DNA of 61,047 nucleotides, counting the filler, from Sphacelaria rigidula (lineage: Eukaryota): NCBI GenBank assembly GCA_964200075.2. It is 7 parts of 7 records of this genome, joined end to end, with 100 filler letters (N's around TTAATTAATTAA, not from the genome) between each part and the next. Parts side by side here need not be neighbours in the genome. Positions count along the whole stretch, not along the records: positions 17,473 to 26,107 come from CAXNAA020010527.1; positions 26,208 to 34,842 come from CAXNAA020010528.1; positions 34,943 to 43,577 come from CAXNAA020010529.1; 4 more parts are not named here. The stretch is one strand, 5' to 3'. A program made the position numbers and the translations under genes. Shown piece after piece: positions 25,591 to 37,657 of the stretch (within the stretch, counting starts at the first letter, position 1; every line of letters begins with the position of its first letter). The notes below the pieces were generated by a model. That model was not told where the DNA came from. It did not search any database and saw only the letters and a list, made by a program, of their open reading frames with translations.

Positions 25591-27709
25591 CTTATATTGA
25601 TTATTTTGCAATGGTTCCTTGTCGCCTGTTTCTAGCGTGAGTGTGGTGCAAGGACAGTACTCCTTCTGTAAATAAATTGATACTGAGGAGGCAAGGACGT
25701 GTCTCAACAAAAAACATCGAAATCAGATTCGATGGTCGATATTAGATATTAGATATTCGATTTCGATGTGGCGGGATGGTTCCCTGGAGGACGTCACATG
25801 TTGAACGATTCATCGAAACTTCAATCAGCGGACGTGAACCCTTGGAATATAGGACAGATACATCCCTATCTCTCGACTGCTGGTCAGTATTTGCGCTACT
25901 GTTATGGGAGCGCCTGACCCCCCCAAATGGGCAAAAAAAGTGTCACCGACCAATATCACGAACAGACCGACTTCTGGGGCTTTTACAGGCTCGTGGAGTA
26001 AAATGCGCCTCACGTCATCGGAAGAGAACGGCATGTTGTGTGTGTGTGTGTGTTTGTGTGTTTGTTGTCGTCCCATTTATTCTGGGCGCCAGTCTACCCC
26101 TTTCGGGNNNNNNNNNNNNNNNNNNNNNNNNNNNNNNNNNNNNNNNNNNNNTTAATTAATTAANNNNNNNNNNNNNNNNNNNNNNNNNNNNNNNNNNNNN
26201 NNNNNNNAGCGCAGGAGAATTACAAGGCAGGCATTGCCTGAGGTGCTCGATGTTGCGGTGAGCGCCGGGTTGGGTGATGTTAAGGAGCAAGTACTAGTGG
26301 AATTGCTTGTTGAGAATGAGGAAGCACATTGTGATTTGTATACCTGAATCGTTTTGTGGGCGATTGTAGGTGGTGGTGATGTGGTTCCTGGACTTGTCTG
26401 TTGTGTTGCGCTGGTTGGCACGCATGATACATGGTGGTTTCTGGAAAGAAGCTACTGAGTGAAATATGAGCATGCAGGTGTGACTGACGTGCATGGTGTC
26501 TGATGAAGAGTCAGAGTGAGGCAGTTTTCAATACACTGGTGTGTGCTGAATGAAAAAAAGCTCGTATATTCTTGTTCGTGCGTAAAGTGGAATCACCTTT
26601 GTGCGGTTTGCAGAAACTGACTGTAGGAGATGGTGATTGCTGCTGCTGGCGTGAAAATGGGCGGAAACTACGAAATGCGTAGGCTTGTATGTGAACAAGT
26701 ATAACGTGAGTATTTCCAGAGGTTGACGATAAACGGAATTGTGCGCGAATACAGTGATCTTTTACTGTTTGATGGCTTGTCATGTGTTTGGATAAGCGCA
26801 TGGATGGTGTTTCGCATTTGAAAAACGGAGAATGTGGATGGTGTGCCTATTTTTCTAGAAGGAGCACCGCGTATTTGTTCTGAGCTGCGTCAGTTGGAAC
26901 TGAGTCAGAAGGTGCGGGCACGGTTGTAGGCAGGGTACGGTGTCAAGCTTTGAGTGCATGGTATGATCGACTGCTACGGTTTGAAATGGTATTATCCTCG
27001 GCGCATTTGCTTTGTATGAGCATGCTACGACTAGAAATTGCCGTTGAATGAATTATTGACTTCACTAAATTCGATTAAGACGCTGTGTTCAAGTGAAGTG
27101 TCGTTGTTCAGCGTTTTGCGAAGGATTATTCTCTTTGTGAACATGACATAGCATGGTCATGTGTCACCAACAGGCGGACAAAGGTAGCATGAACGTGTTT
27201 GTCGGTGTCTACTGTTTGTCAAACTCGCTTTCTACTTCGAGTAGTGCGGAGTTTTGGGGGTGCTGTAGAGTAGTCCACCTCCAGTACACGTACGTGCAGC
27301 TTCATGATGATATACAAGTGGAATAATCTGCTGTAGGCGTTTTCTATTGGTTGACGGACCTCGGGTCTGATCGGCAGACTATGTGGATTTGAACATCACA
27401 TGCTTCACGCATGTGGTTATTTACGATAACGAAGGCTGTGTGTTTATGAATAACAACTGTCTTGAAGTCTTCAGACCCTAGTGAGGGTGGAAGCCCTTGG
27501 AGCAATCTTGTGACCTTGTTCTGAGTCCAGAAGGGCTCTATAGTTCTCCATACCAAGTTTCAAATAACTACTCTACAAATTGAGCAAAAATATGAGACAA
27601 GGCCTGGGAGCAAGGTTCATTTATTTCTCCTCAAAACTCCACTAAAAATTCGAAAAAAAGTGGGAAAAAATGACAAAAAGTAGGGGAAAGCAGTCTCATT
27701 TTGTTGTGT

Positions 27710-28035
27710 TACGCACTAGCCGTTCTCCATACAGAATTTCGTCGCACAAGTCTCGAAACCTGAGACGCGATACCCAGATTAGAGCATCTCGCGCCTCTGC
27801 TAGTAACATATTGATTATAGTATCGAAACTGACGTGCGCCCTATCTCGAGATAGATCACGAATTAGGTGAAGGTGGGGGTATCTGTCGTCTCCGAGTGCT
27901 CCAGGGCAGGTCCACGCCAAAAATCGTGATCATCCGCTGAATGTATCGTCCGGGGTTTAATGTAGATTCAGGGGTGGACGCTATATCCGTACGGTACATG
28001 AACTACTAGGCACGAGGTTTAATCCACGAGAAAAT
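27710..28035 (+). repeat. Dispersed DNA-transposon-like repeat
   Basis: Aligns to 53908-54230 (tatctcgagatagatcacgaattaggt block identical); partial copy at 29711-29780. Confidence 0.8.
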
Positions 28036-31013
28036 GTTAGCCCGGAGAATCACACAGCCGCGTGCGTTCGAGTTGAGGCCCGCGGGGGATAATCAGGTGA
28101 CAGTTGGCATGAAGGAATCCATGCATGCCCCGACTTTCACCGGGAAGACAGCCGCGGGAGTGTATGAAGGTGAGTCTCGGGTTCTCTTGCGAGGTGTCCT
28201 TCCTCTTGTCGAAGAAGCCCCGCCGTTCGAACTGAAGGCAGTCGACCCCACAACGATCAAGTACATCACGCAACGGTACAAAGCTGTGCATGACCGAGTG
28301 GATGCACTGTATCCTGCCGGTGAGTTTGAATGCTCGTGTTATTCTTTGTCGTTGCGCTCGCAGACGGGACGCGTGATATTTTTCGTCACCAGGTCGAAGG
28401 GGCAGCGTTCAGACACAAGTATGACCATGCATGCCCCGACATAACAAACCCCCCGTTTCGATGGGGGGCAACGCTCGCGGCCCGCCCCCCCCGTTTGTTA
28501 TCGAAGCGTAGGCAGATGCGGTCAGGTGCCGCGAACAGATATCATTGACATGGGGACCTGAGGTCATCGGGACAGAGCGGGCAAGGAGTAGAAGCACATA
28601 CATGAACCCCGCAAAGCCCACCAGGCTTTGCGGCTTTTGGCAGTGTTTATAGATTAATTCTTGCAACAAGATGGTCGAAACAAATATGAACAGTTATAGC
28701 AATTCTGGCACAAATGTTCTCCAGCATCCAACACTATATTCGTGAGATTCAGAGGGTAGTTTCAGATTCAGAGTGAGATCCGAAATAATCGACTCTCCCA
28801 TCGATTTTGACATCGCCACAGTTCGAGGAGTCATGCGCCCAGCTGGTGAAGCGGTGGCTTCAATGAAAGCTGTCACCTACACGATCAATTTGACGCATCA
28901 CTTGATCGCAACGACGTAGTCAGTCCATTGCAACAAAATATCCCCTCTTTCAGGAAAAATCGATGAGTGCCTGAAACAGTTTCACTTCCGAAATGCCTCC
29001 CCAGGCGCAAAAATGCTTTGTGCGGTATCTCACCAACCAGACCGCCGAATTCCTCGAATGGGATACTGTACGGTAGCTGCATGCAGAGCACGTGCGCTCA
29101 AGCAAAAAAATACATAAAAAAGTTGCCCGTTAGGAGCGCTAGAGCATCCACTCTGAATCTGACACTACCCTCTGAATCTCACGAGTATAGTATTATCCGA
29201 GGCCATCGGGACACAGCGGGGAAGGAGTTAGAAGCAGATATACAACCCCCCCCTGAGCCCACCAGACGTTTCGGTTTTTGGCAGTGATCATTGCTCGATT
29301 TCCTGCGCCAAAATGTTTATAAAAAAATCACGACAACTATTTCCCCATGCACCGTCTTAGGGTCGAACTCTCAAAAATGAGGGAAGCCGGGGGAATGCCA
29401 AGCGCACAGTCGATTGTACGTATTGACCCCTTTGCCAGTGATTTAGCGCGTTATAGTATAATGCCGACAGTTGTTTTCCCGATAAACGAAGCTCTCGCCA
29501 AAAACTATGAAGGTTCACTTTCTTCATTTGTTCACCATACCTCCGTGGTTGTCCACGCTGAATTGGTAAGCGCATTCCAAACGTTTGACGTAAAACAAAC
29601 GAGATTATCCCCAATAGCAACGTTCATTTACCACCCCCACCCCCGCTACAATACGCCAAAAATAAAAAATAAATACACAGAAAGTGAGAAAGATTATATA
29701 TTTTTAATATGCACTAGCGGCTCTCCATACCGTTTCCGCCTGCCAGACTCTCAAAAACTGAGATGCGATGTCAAGATTTGGTTCATATACCACCAGGGAG
29801 GAAGGGGGTGGACTTTGATTCCAACACGTACTGTTCTCCTCTGTTCAATATTGCGTCATGCCCTCTGACCCGTGACACCCGGGCGCGAGGTGCGGAAGCA
29901 CAGCGACTCACGATCGATGTATCGTCACCTACAATGAGTTTGTCTATGTGGATCCATGACGCATCACTGCACCCGTGCCACGCTGTGCAGATCCCGCGAA
30001 ACGGGAAGAAATAAAGGCAGAGATGGATCACTCCGCGACACTGCTGGAGGCAGAGGGCCTCTGCGAGTGGTAGCTGGATGATTGGTGGTTGCGGTCGCCG
30101 GGACCGCTCCTGGGCAGCGACAAGAACGCGGGGGCTGGAATTCAATCGGATGGGCCCACCCGCGACGACGTCGATTCGTGTCAGCGCGAGCGAGATGACG
30201 GCGGACAACTACACTCACCCCCTGAGATTGCTTCCTTGGCGAAGGGAGAGTACGTGTTCTTCCCTGCCCATGATGCACCTTTTCTGGCGGGTCAAGTTAT
30301 TGGTACGCGCAGGATGGGGAAGGATGGTGTCGCGGCCTATCACAATGAAATGGGGGTGCTCTGGCTGTCGCCTTCCAACCGTCGTGTGCGGCAGAACGCG
30401 TCGAGGTCTACTACTTTCCAGCACGGGAAGGGTGTATTCGACATGGATTTCAGAGAAGGATTTGTCTCGGGCACGACTGGTACCGGATGTGGACTGGATG
30501 GCATGCAAGGGTGTCGTTGCATCTTGCGCAAGCCTGAGAGCGGGAAAATACATTCGTAATGCAATCTTGCATGCTCTCCAGGCGGCCGGCCACGACTATC
30601 ATGCCGGGGACGGGGACTCAAAGCATGCGGACGAACAGGCCTCGGGAAAGCAGGGGGTGTCGGGGGAGGAGGTCCCGAGAGTCGGGGACCGCGACGGGGG
30701 CGAGCACTTCGATGAGGATGAAGACGAACGCGCGCCCCAGAGGGAGAGGGCAGAGGAGGACAGTACACGATTGAGGGAAGTGGGGAACAAGGGCGATCGT
30801 AACGCACATGCCGAGCGGGAGGAGTACGGGGAGCAGAATGAAAAAACAAAGTCGGGGACAACAGTCGAGAGACGACAGGATTTGGAGTGTCCACGGGTGC
30901 CGGCGGGAATAAGGGAGGGGGTATGCGCCGGGTTGCGGGAGGAGCCGCACCCGAAACTGGTAGCGATTCGACTACAGGAGCCAAAAACAAAATTGACTTG
31001 GGTGTCTGCCTGA
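28034..31013 (+). pseudogene. Two-exon remnant (28034-28319, 29991-31013) of a putative DUF7869-type transposase C-terminus
   Basis: ITQPRAFELR...VTVGMKESM resembles the segment following DUF7869; donor G|gtgagt at 28320 and acceptor tgcag|AT at 29991 are phase compatible; in-frame TAG at 30071 and a frameshift near 30470. Confidence 0.5.
28733..29191. mobile_element. MITE with about 43-bp TIRs inside the pseudogene intron
   Basis: actatattcgtgagattcagagggtagtttcagattcagagtg pairs with cactctgaatctgacactaccctctgaatctcacgagtatagt. Confidence 0.85.
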
Positions 31014-32686
31014 CAGCCACACATTTTCGACCCCGTCGTCGTAGTAGGGGTCCGTAGGCGCCGATTCGGGCGGTGCAGACGGCGGTATTGTTGTTGATGG
31101 TGTCGGCGGCGACAGAAATCCGACGGAGAAGAAAGTGCTACCGAGTAGGGGTGTTGAAGTGGAGTGAAAGCAAGAGCGAGAGTGGCGGGATTTCGGCGGG
31201 GGCGGTTCGAGAGATGGTCAAGTAGGCGGTGGTGATTTTGTTGCTGGCGCTGGGGGTAGTGGTGATGTCGGATTGACACGTGTATATCATTGGACATGGG
31301 TTAGTGTTGTTGGACATGCGTCAGTGTTACTCTGGTTTTCTCTTCGTAAAGTGAAGGCCGGTGGTTGGTATCATTAGGCATGGGTTACTGTCAATACTCT
31401 GGTTTTCCCTTCGTAAAGTAGAGGCCGGTGGTTGGTTGGTGCTTCGTTGCAGGCGGCAAGACGCGTGGCAGTAAAGCGACTACGGCGCGGAGGGGACAGG
31501 CAAGGGTGTTGAGACGTGATCTGGGCCGTTTTTGTTCGTCGTTGCCGCATGCGTTTCCACGCTTCACTCCTGAACTTTTTTCACTCCGACTGTTGGCCAT
31601 GCCCCTCCTTGTCCAAGGCGCGAGAGCAAGTGAAAAAAAAAAATCAGAGTCATCCGAACAGTACGGCGTTGCTCTTGCGCCACTGAGAAATTGGAGGACA
31701 CAATTCGGTATCACGCGCAAGTTGATGCCCGCAGTTGGTCTTGCGGCAGGCTTCCTTCCTAACCCTAACCCACAAATTTCTAGATGGCAGATACCGCACA
31801 CAACGCAAACAGATGCACACCCATATCAGCTGCCACACACCGTGCCGTGCGGTCACCGAAGCGGTACGACAGCGACGAGACCGTTGTGTTGTTGTAGAAA
31901 CACACGAAGAATGCGTGCGAGGGCCTTATCGTCACCATGGGTACTCCGGTGCCGTCGTCGGCGAGACGCGCGCCGGTAGCCACGCCAGCTACCAAAACTA
32001 CTTGGAACCCGAATACAAACGAAAGCGCTTTCCATGACTCAACTGTTTCGACCAAACTATCGAAAACCCAAATAGGGGTTGAGCCCCATTTTTGTGTATA
32101 ACCACATTTTTCAGGATTCGCTGTTAGACGATGACCCTTACACTGAGATCTCTGCGTCTTCGGGTTCTATTGTGTTCCGCTTGAGCCTGGAATTGTCCAC
32201 CGTCTGTTGTTGTACGTTTTGGCCTACACCCGCCAGGCAGCAGTTACATACAGAATGGGGCCACGGCCACACAGTTGGCAGTTCTCACAAGCTCCGGGAG
32301 TGCTGTCGCTGCTTGCGTGTGCACAGTTGTGCTTCAGCACGTGTGCGCACCTTGTCCGGGTGCACACTGATGCGCTTTGGCGTCAGCCTTAACTTGGCAA
32401 GGTGTCCATTACATCTCAAGGTGAACACAGGCTAGCCGTCGCTTCCATCCCTTTCCCGTTGGTTGACTCAACACTCCTCGCTAGCCGAAGACGGTGAGTG
32501 AGTGACACGTGCGTTGTGTTTTCAACCAAGTGTGTTTTTTCTCCCTAATTCATTTACTTGTTCACTTCGGAGCTGTGAAACAGGCGCGTGATTGTGGGTA
32601 AAGCCCTCAATGGGTTGGGATGGTGGTGGTGAAAATGGCAAGACAAAACTCCCGATACTTAGCGACCAGCCGCCGAAAAGGTAACA

Positions 32687-33141
32687 AACACGAGATTTTA
32701 CGAATTGGGGCGTGATTGGGGATGGGTTTCTTTTTGAGGATGAGAGCCCGGAGGATTGAAATCTTCTTATCCACACCAAATCTTCGAAATAAAGTTCCAC
32801 TCCTTCACCCACTGGTAGCTATCGACAGATACTACTACACGCCATACAAATTTGGATCCTAATAACCGACATGTTGGGGTCCTAGGTGAAGAAAAAAAGG
32901 GAAATTGAAGTGATCCGATAAGATCGCCGATATTCCCCGAAATTGGTTCTTCACGCAAGACCCCAACATTTTCGGTGATCGAAATCCGATTTTTTAAGGC
33001 GTGTAGCAGTTGTCAATAGCTATCAGTAGGTGAAGAAATGAAGCCATATTTCGAAGATTTGGTGTGGATACGAATGTTCCAATTATCCGGGTTTCTAACC
33101 CTCAATAAAAAACCCATCCCCAATTTGTGAAATCCCGTGTT
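32687..33141. mobile_element. MITE/foldback with about 100-bp inverted arms
   Basis: tatccacaccaaatcttcgaaata pairs with tatttcgaagatttggtgtggata; attggggatgggttt pairs with aaacccatccccaat. Confidence 0.8.
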
Positions 33142-33262
33142 AACCAACAGACGTCATCATGACGTGTGCATGTTTTGGGGCTGGCCGGGAACCTACCGTG
33201 TCAGGCACAACGATCGCCAAAACCCGGTGAAGTCGTTTCAATTTAACTCCAGTTCCAGAGGT

Positions 33263-33509
33263 ATGCTACGGTAGGGGTGCACTTTTTTCGCGAAATTATG
33301 TCTAGTTCGGGGGCTCCTAATGATTCTACATGCACAAAAATATGGGACAGGGCAACCCCGTTTGCAAATTCATTCGGGATATCCTCAGCACATTGGAGTA
33401 GTAATCCTGACGTACTTTCATATTTTTTCATAGGTCGTGTGTTGCATGAGATAGAGGGCTCCTAATAATTCCAATCTCAGAAAATATTTGTGCACCCCTA
33501 CCGTAGCAT
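33263..33509. mobile_element. Complete MITE, family C (20-bp perfect TIR)
   Basis: ATGCTACGGTAGGGGTGCAC ... GTGCACCCCTACCGTAGCAT. Confidence 0.9.
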
Positions 33510-35408
33510 CACTCTCCAGCTTGATCGACGGTATAAACTGGTCCAGTAACCCTCCTTATCATTTTCGGCTTCTTTTTAAATCTCGATGGGTCACGGCCGT
33601 CCGTAAATCGAAAAAACACAAGAGCTCTGAACGAATATAAGCCAAAATTTTCGCGCTTCAGAGTTGAATTGCCTCCAAATCCTTCAGAATTTACTGTGCA
33701 CACAGTACAGAGGATCGTGTGAAATGGGATTGGGCACTAAAATAATGAGGTACACAACTCCACAACAGTGCTTTCTCTGATCCAAAGTCATGACATATGA
33801 CTTTCATACGGACGAGCTCATGCCCCCTGACCTCCCTGAAACTATTTTGGGGAATATCCCGTTTTTTTTCCGTGACCCCAAAAGGTACTTGCAAAGGCAC
33901 CATTATCGGTTTGGAAAGCGCCCCTTTTTCACCCCGAAATCGTGGGGGGGAAAGTGCTTTTGCACATACGCTAGGGGAAAACAAGAGGCGGGAACCCCAC
34001 CTACATAGAACAGCCTGGATCCGTTTGTGAGGTTCAACATTTGGGTGAGGTACAACTCGGAAACAGTGCTGTCCCTGACCTATAAGCTTGATCAATGAAT
34101 TTCATATGGGCGACCTCATGCCCCCCGACCTCCATAGAACGTTCTTCGGGGGTTGCCCGTCTTCCGTGCCTCCAACACCCGTGAACAGATAGTACCCTGT
34201 GGGGCGCACTGTGCAGGGTCCGTACAGGGTCCTCCACAGTCTTTGTGAGAAACCCCTGACAGTGAAAATCCAAACCTGTACCCCTCGTAGCGTTTTGACA
34301 GGGTTTTCCCCAGGGTTGGGTTTACGTAGGATTGTCGGCAAAGCCCTGCACATTCATGTGGTAGTGTTTTGGTGAAAAACGCTGAATTTGTTTTGTTTGA
34401 AAAATCCAAATATTTCGGTACAAAATCTGTAAATTTTTACATTTTCAATAGCTTCTCCTCCTGTCCGAAATAAATCCCTTTTCACCCGATTTGAACGGGG
34501 CAAAAATGAATTTATTTCAGACAGCAGAACAGGCTATTCATAACAGATCCTGTTTTCGCCCCCATTAATTTCGGCAAGAAAACAAAATATTTCGAAGAGC
34601 AGAAGAAGCTGTTAACAGCGGATCCTAATTTTCGGGGTTGAAACAAAAAAAGAGGTTGAAGTCGCATTTCTCTATTGCGGGGAAGATACGAAACAGAAAC
34701 ACAGAGCGAGCGTATCTTCCTCCCCAAAACTCCGCAGGAGACGTTAACCGTTAGACCGCGAGAGTAGGTCACCTCCTGAATCGGCATCAATATACACTTG
34801 AAAAAAGTGCACGTGATCCAGATCGACTACCAACACCGCGGTNNNNNNNNNNNNNNNNNNNNNNNNNNNNNNNNNNNNNNNNNNNNTTAATTAATTAANN
34901 NNNNNNNNNNNNNNNNNNNNNNNNNNNNNNNNNNNNNNNNNNGTCCTGATCCGTCGGATTCAGTATGGGTGAGGTTGCTTATGTAGATTACTCATGATCT
35001 TGCATGCCATAGTCATACGAGCATTGACCTCGCTCGCATCCCTACAAAGCCGGGATGGAGTACGCCAATGGTAGGTTGATCCTGTGCAGCAGATGATCGT
35101 GGTGGATGACTCAGTAGGCCAATATCTACATTCGACGTACAGTAGAAGAGACAGTTCATGCTACCCTTACATGAAAAAAAAAATTGCAACATTTCGACAC
35201 CCGTGCCTGTGTAAGGAATGCGGGTACAGTAGTGCAAGGACAAGCTGCAGGAGTGCTGTGTTTGTCGTGCAGCAGAACACGATATGCTTTCGGGTGGGGA
35301 AAGAAATATTAGCGGTAGTGTTGGCAGCAGTGTTAGCAGTAGCGTCACAAGTGGGGAATAACCCTTGCTTCGTTTGATATCTCAAAGAGGAACAACTCAC
35401 GTACTCAC

Positions 35409-35531
35409 CTGTCTGAACACGAGGCGCAGGCACTTCATGGAGCCGTCACTCCCCACCTCACCACCTTCGAAGGACAAGCCGAGGCGGGTGTACAGCAACA
35501 CGCCCCTGCCTAGAGCACTCAGCTCGTCTTC
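35409..35531 (-). CDS. SPC25: SPC25 exon 5 (start of RWD-like domain; final exon not located)
   Basis: tag|EDELSALGRGVLLYTRLGLSFEGGEVGSDGSMKCLRLVFRQ|gtgagt; Y..LGL.F...LR..F is the Spc25 signature; 123 bp, phase 0/0. Confidence 0.85.
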
Positions 35532-35649
35532 CTATCAAACAATCATCGTTGGTGGCGGCGGCAAGTAGTACATTGGAGGTCGAATCACATGTCATCGTCG
35601 TTGATGTCAATAAGGATGTTACTTCACTGATGCTATCAGTACGGCTGGA

Positions 35650-35678
35650 ATAGTAGTAGTAGTAGTAGTAGTAGTAGT
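35650..35678. repeat. (TAG)n microsatellite
   Basis: Directly visible. Confidence 0.95.
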
Positions 35679-36682
35679 CGTGGTGGATCAACGATCAGAC
35701 ACCAACCGAATAGTGACAATTTTGTGTCCGTCTCCTACAGTGCTACACCAGTCACTCCCAACATCCACCTCCATCAGAGTACAAGTGCAGTGTACTCGAG
35801 TTCCTTGCTCATTGTCTTGCTGTGTCCTCCACGAACGTGCGGCGTATCCATATTATTTCATACATTATACAGTATACAATATAATCAGTCGTGTATACCT
35901 CTCGAAGCAAGTATAGTCCCCGTAATATTCCTCCTGAACGTAGTCCATGTATGATCAACTAATGAAACCCTCCGCTCCAAAACAAAGGTCGAGTAAAGCG
36001 TGGGGGACACTTATTTTCCCAACTCGGAGGACACGGATATACAATATAATGGGAGAGATTGAAAAAAATTGACTGCGGGCAAGGAAACCGACCCGATGTG
36101 GGCACTAAAAAAGGGTATAATTTGTATGAGGAGTGACCTGAACATTATATTACTAGCCAAGACGTGCACATAGAGCAGGCAAAAAATTGCTTACCCAATG
36201 GCTACAGTTTTGACGATTGATGATCGATATGCCCCGAGCCCTTCTAGGAGCTGCTCTATTCTGTACTCTAGTTGCCTTGCCTTCAGAGTCGAGTGCTCTG
36301 AAGCTGTTTCTCGGTAAATAAATGTGGAGGACACAGCCGTGTTGACCGAGAACTAGCTGTAGGAGTGGGCGCGAAGGCGGGACTTCTGAAGATTTGCCAC
36401 CCTTTGCACATGGTGAATAGTTGGGAGGGCGTATACCCATACATGCATACATGCACATCAAAGTAAAGAGGTAATCAGTAGGCATGCAGTATGCACACCA
36501 TACAGCACAGCCCATTTCACGACAACTTGTTGTCACGAACGAGAACATTTTCCTAGAGGTTCCCGCTTCCCCCGGCTAGCGGTGAGGCTATCTCTCTCGC
36601 ACCCGATTTTTCTCCACACCCCTTTTCCGTGTGTTGGGTACATGAGCCAACGCAACTCGAGCAGAATATTCATTGCGCGTCT

Positions 36683-37034
36683 TGTGTTGTCATCCCACGT
36701 ATTCTGGACTTCAGTCCACAGCTTTCGGTGTATGTGGGCGCATCAGCTGGGGTCACACAAGAGGAAGGTCCACACAGGAGTTTTCTCCCCTTCATTTTGT
36801 TTGAGGACTCCACCTTTATTCTGCGGAGCTCGTCTTCTTTTCTACCGCGAGGGGGGCTCCGCGGTCCCTATCCCCGTCGACCGTGAAGTCAAGCTTTGTG
36901 TAACCATGACATAGTCGCTCTTGACTGTTGGGGCATGGTGTGAGGAAATATATCAGATCGTGTGACTCCACCGAGATCCGAACCCACGTCGCAATCGTCA
37001 GAAGGTGTCGGGGTTACCAATTGAGCTACCGGGC
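36683..37034 (-). mobile_element. tRNA-derived SINE in SPC25 intron
   Basis: Minus strand reads GCCCGGTAGCTCAATTGG (A box) ... GGGTTCGGATCTC (B box); body homologous to 12493-12833. Confidence 0.85.
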
Positions 37035-37570
37035 AGCGGTACCATTAATCAAAAATCGAATTTGTGAGCAATGCTTGCTTACTGTTGAGGTGTACGTGCA
37101 TTGGTGCGAGACTGTCAAGCACTAGTTATGGTTTTCGTATGAATACAGAAGCTTTATTTCTTACAGTTGCATGTATGTAATGCGGCGTAACTATCTGTAG
37201 TGAGATATTTGTATGTGAACGTATATCATGAATAATTCAGTCTTTCGTTCCCAGTTCTTGCTCAAGCGCTAAGCCTCCTCACGAGCCCAAAGGAAGGCAT
37301 ATACAGCACCATTACACCTGAGGTGTGACTAAGTGCAACTTTTCCTCTCACTCACCACCCACCATTTTTGCGAACGTGACGAGTCTTCAAGAGACTAGCT
37401 GCTGAAATTAACCACTCCTACAGCTTAGCACCCACATTAGTACACAGGTACGTATTGCGTTCATACCTACGTTGAAGAAAACCTCGCCGAAGAAGTAATT
37501 GTTCGGTATGTAAGGTCAGATTTTTCGGCTATATCCCTATACACATACGGACCCGTACGGTGCGTCATAC

Positions 37571-37657
37571 CTTCATATACCGCCTTTTGGCCATGACGGC
37601 TTTCTTCGCCTCCAGGTCTTGCGCCACACGATCATGCTCCGCACCCAGGACTTCCAG
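37571..37657 (-). CDS. SPC25: SPC25 exon 4
   Basis: cag|LEVLGAEHDRVAQDLEAKKAVMAKRRYMK|gtatga; 87 bp, phase 0/0, coiled-coil composition. Confidence 0.8.

Noticed and set aside
26208..27340. Possible Penelope-like RT relic on the minus strand (TADYST resembling TxDFSTLYT near 27315-27334)
   Set aside because: Single weak motif in stop-riddled sequence; cannot be supported without a search.
32431..32493. Plus-strand AG...gtgagt segment as NOP9 exon 3
   Set aside because: Translation (LAVASIPFPLVDSTLLASRR) does not resemble the Nop9 C-terminal repeat.
36960..37034. tRNA gene
   Set aside because: A and B boxes are present but there is no intact cloverleaf, and it continues into a repeated SINE body.
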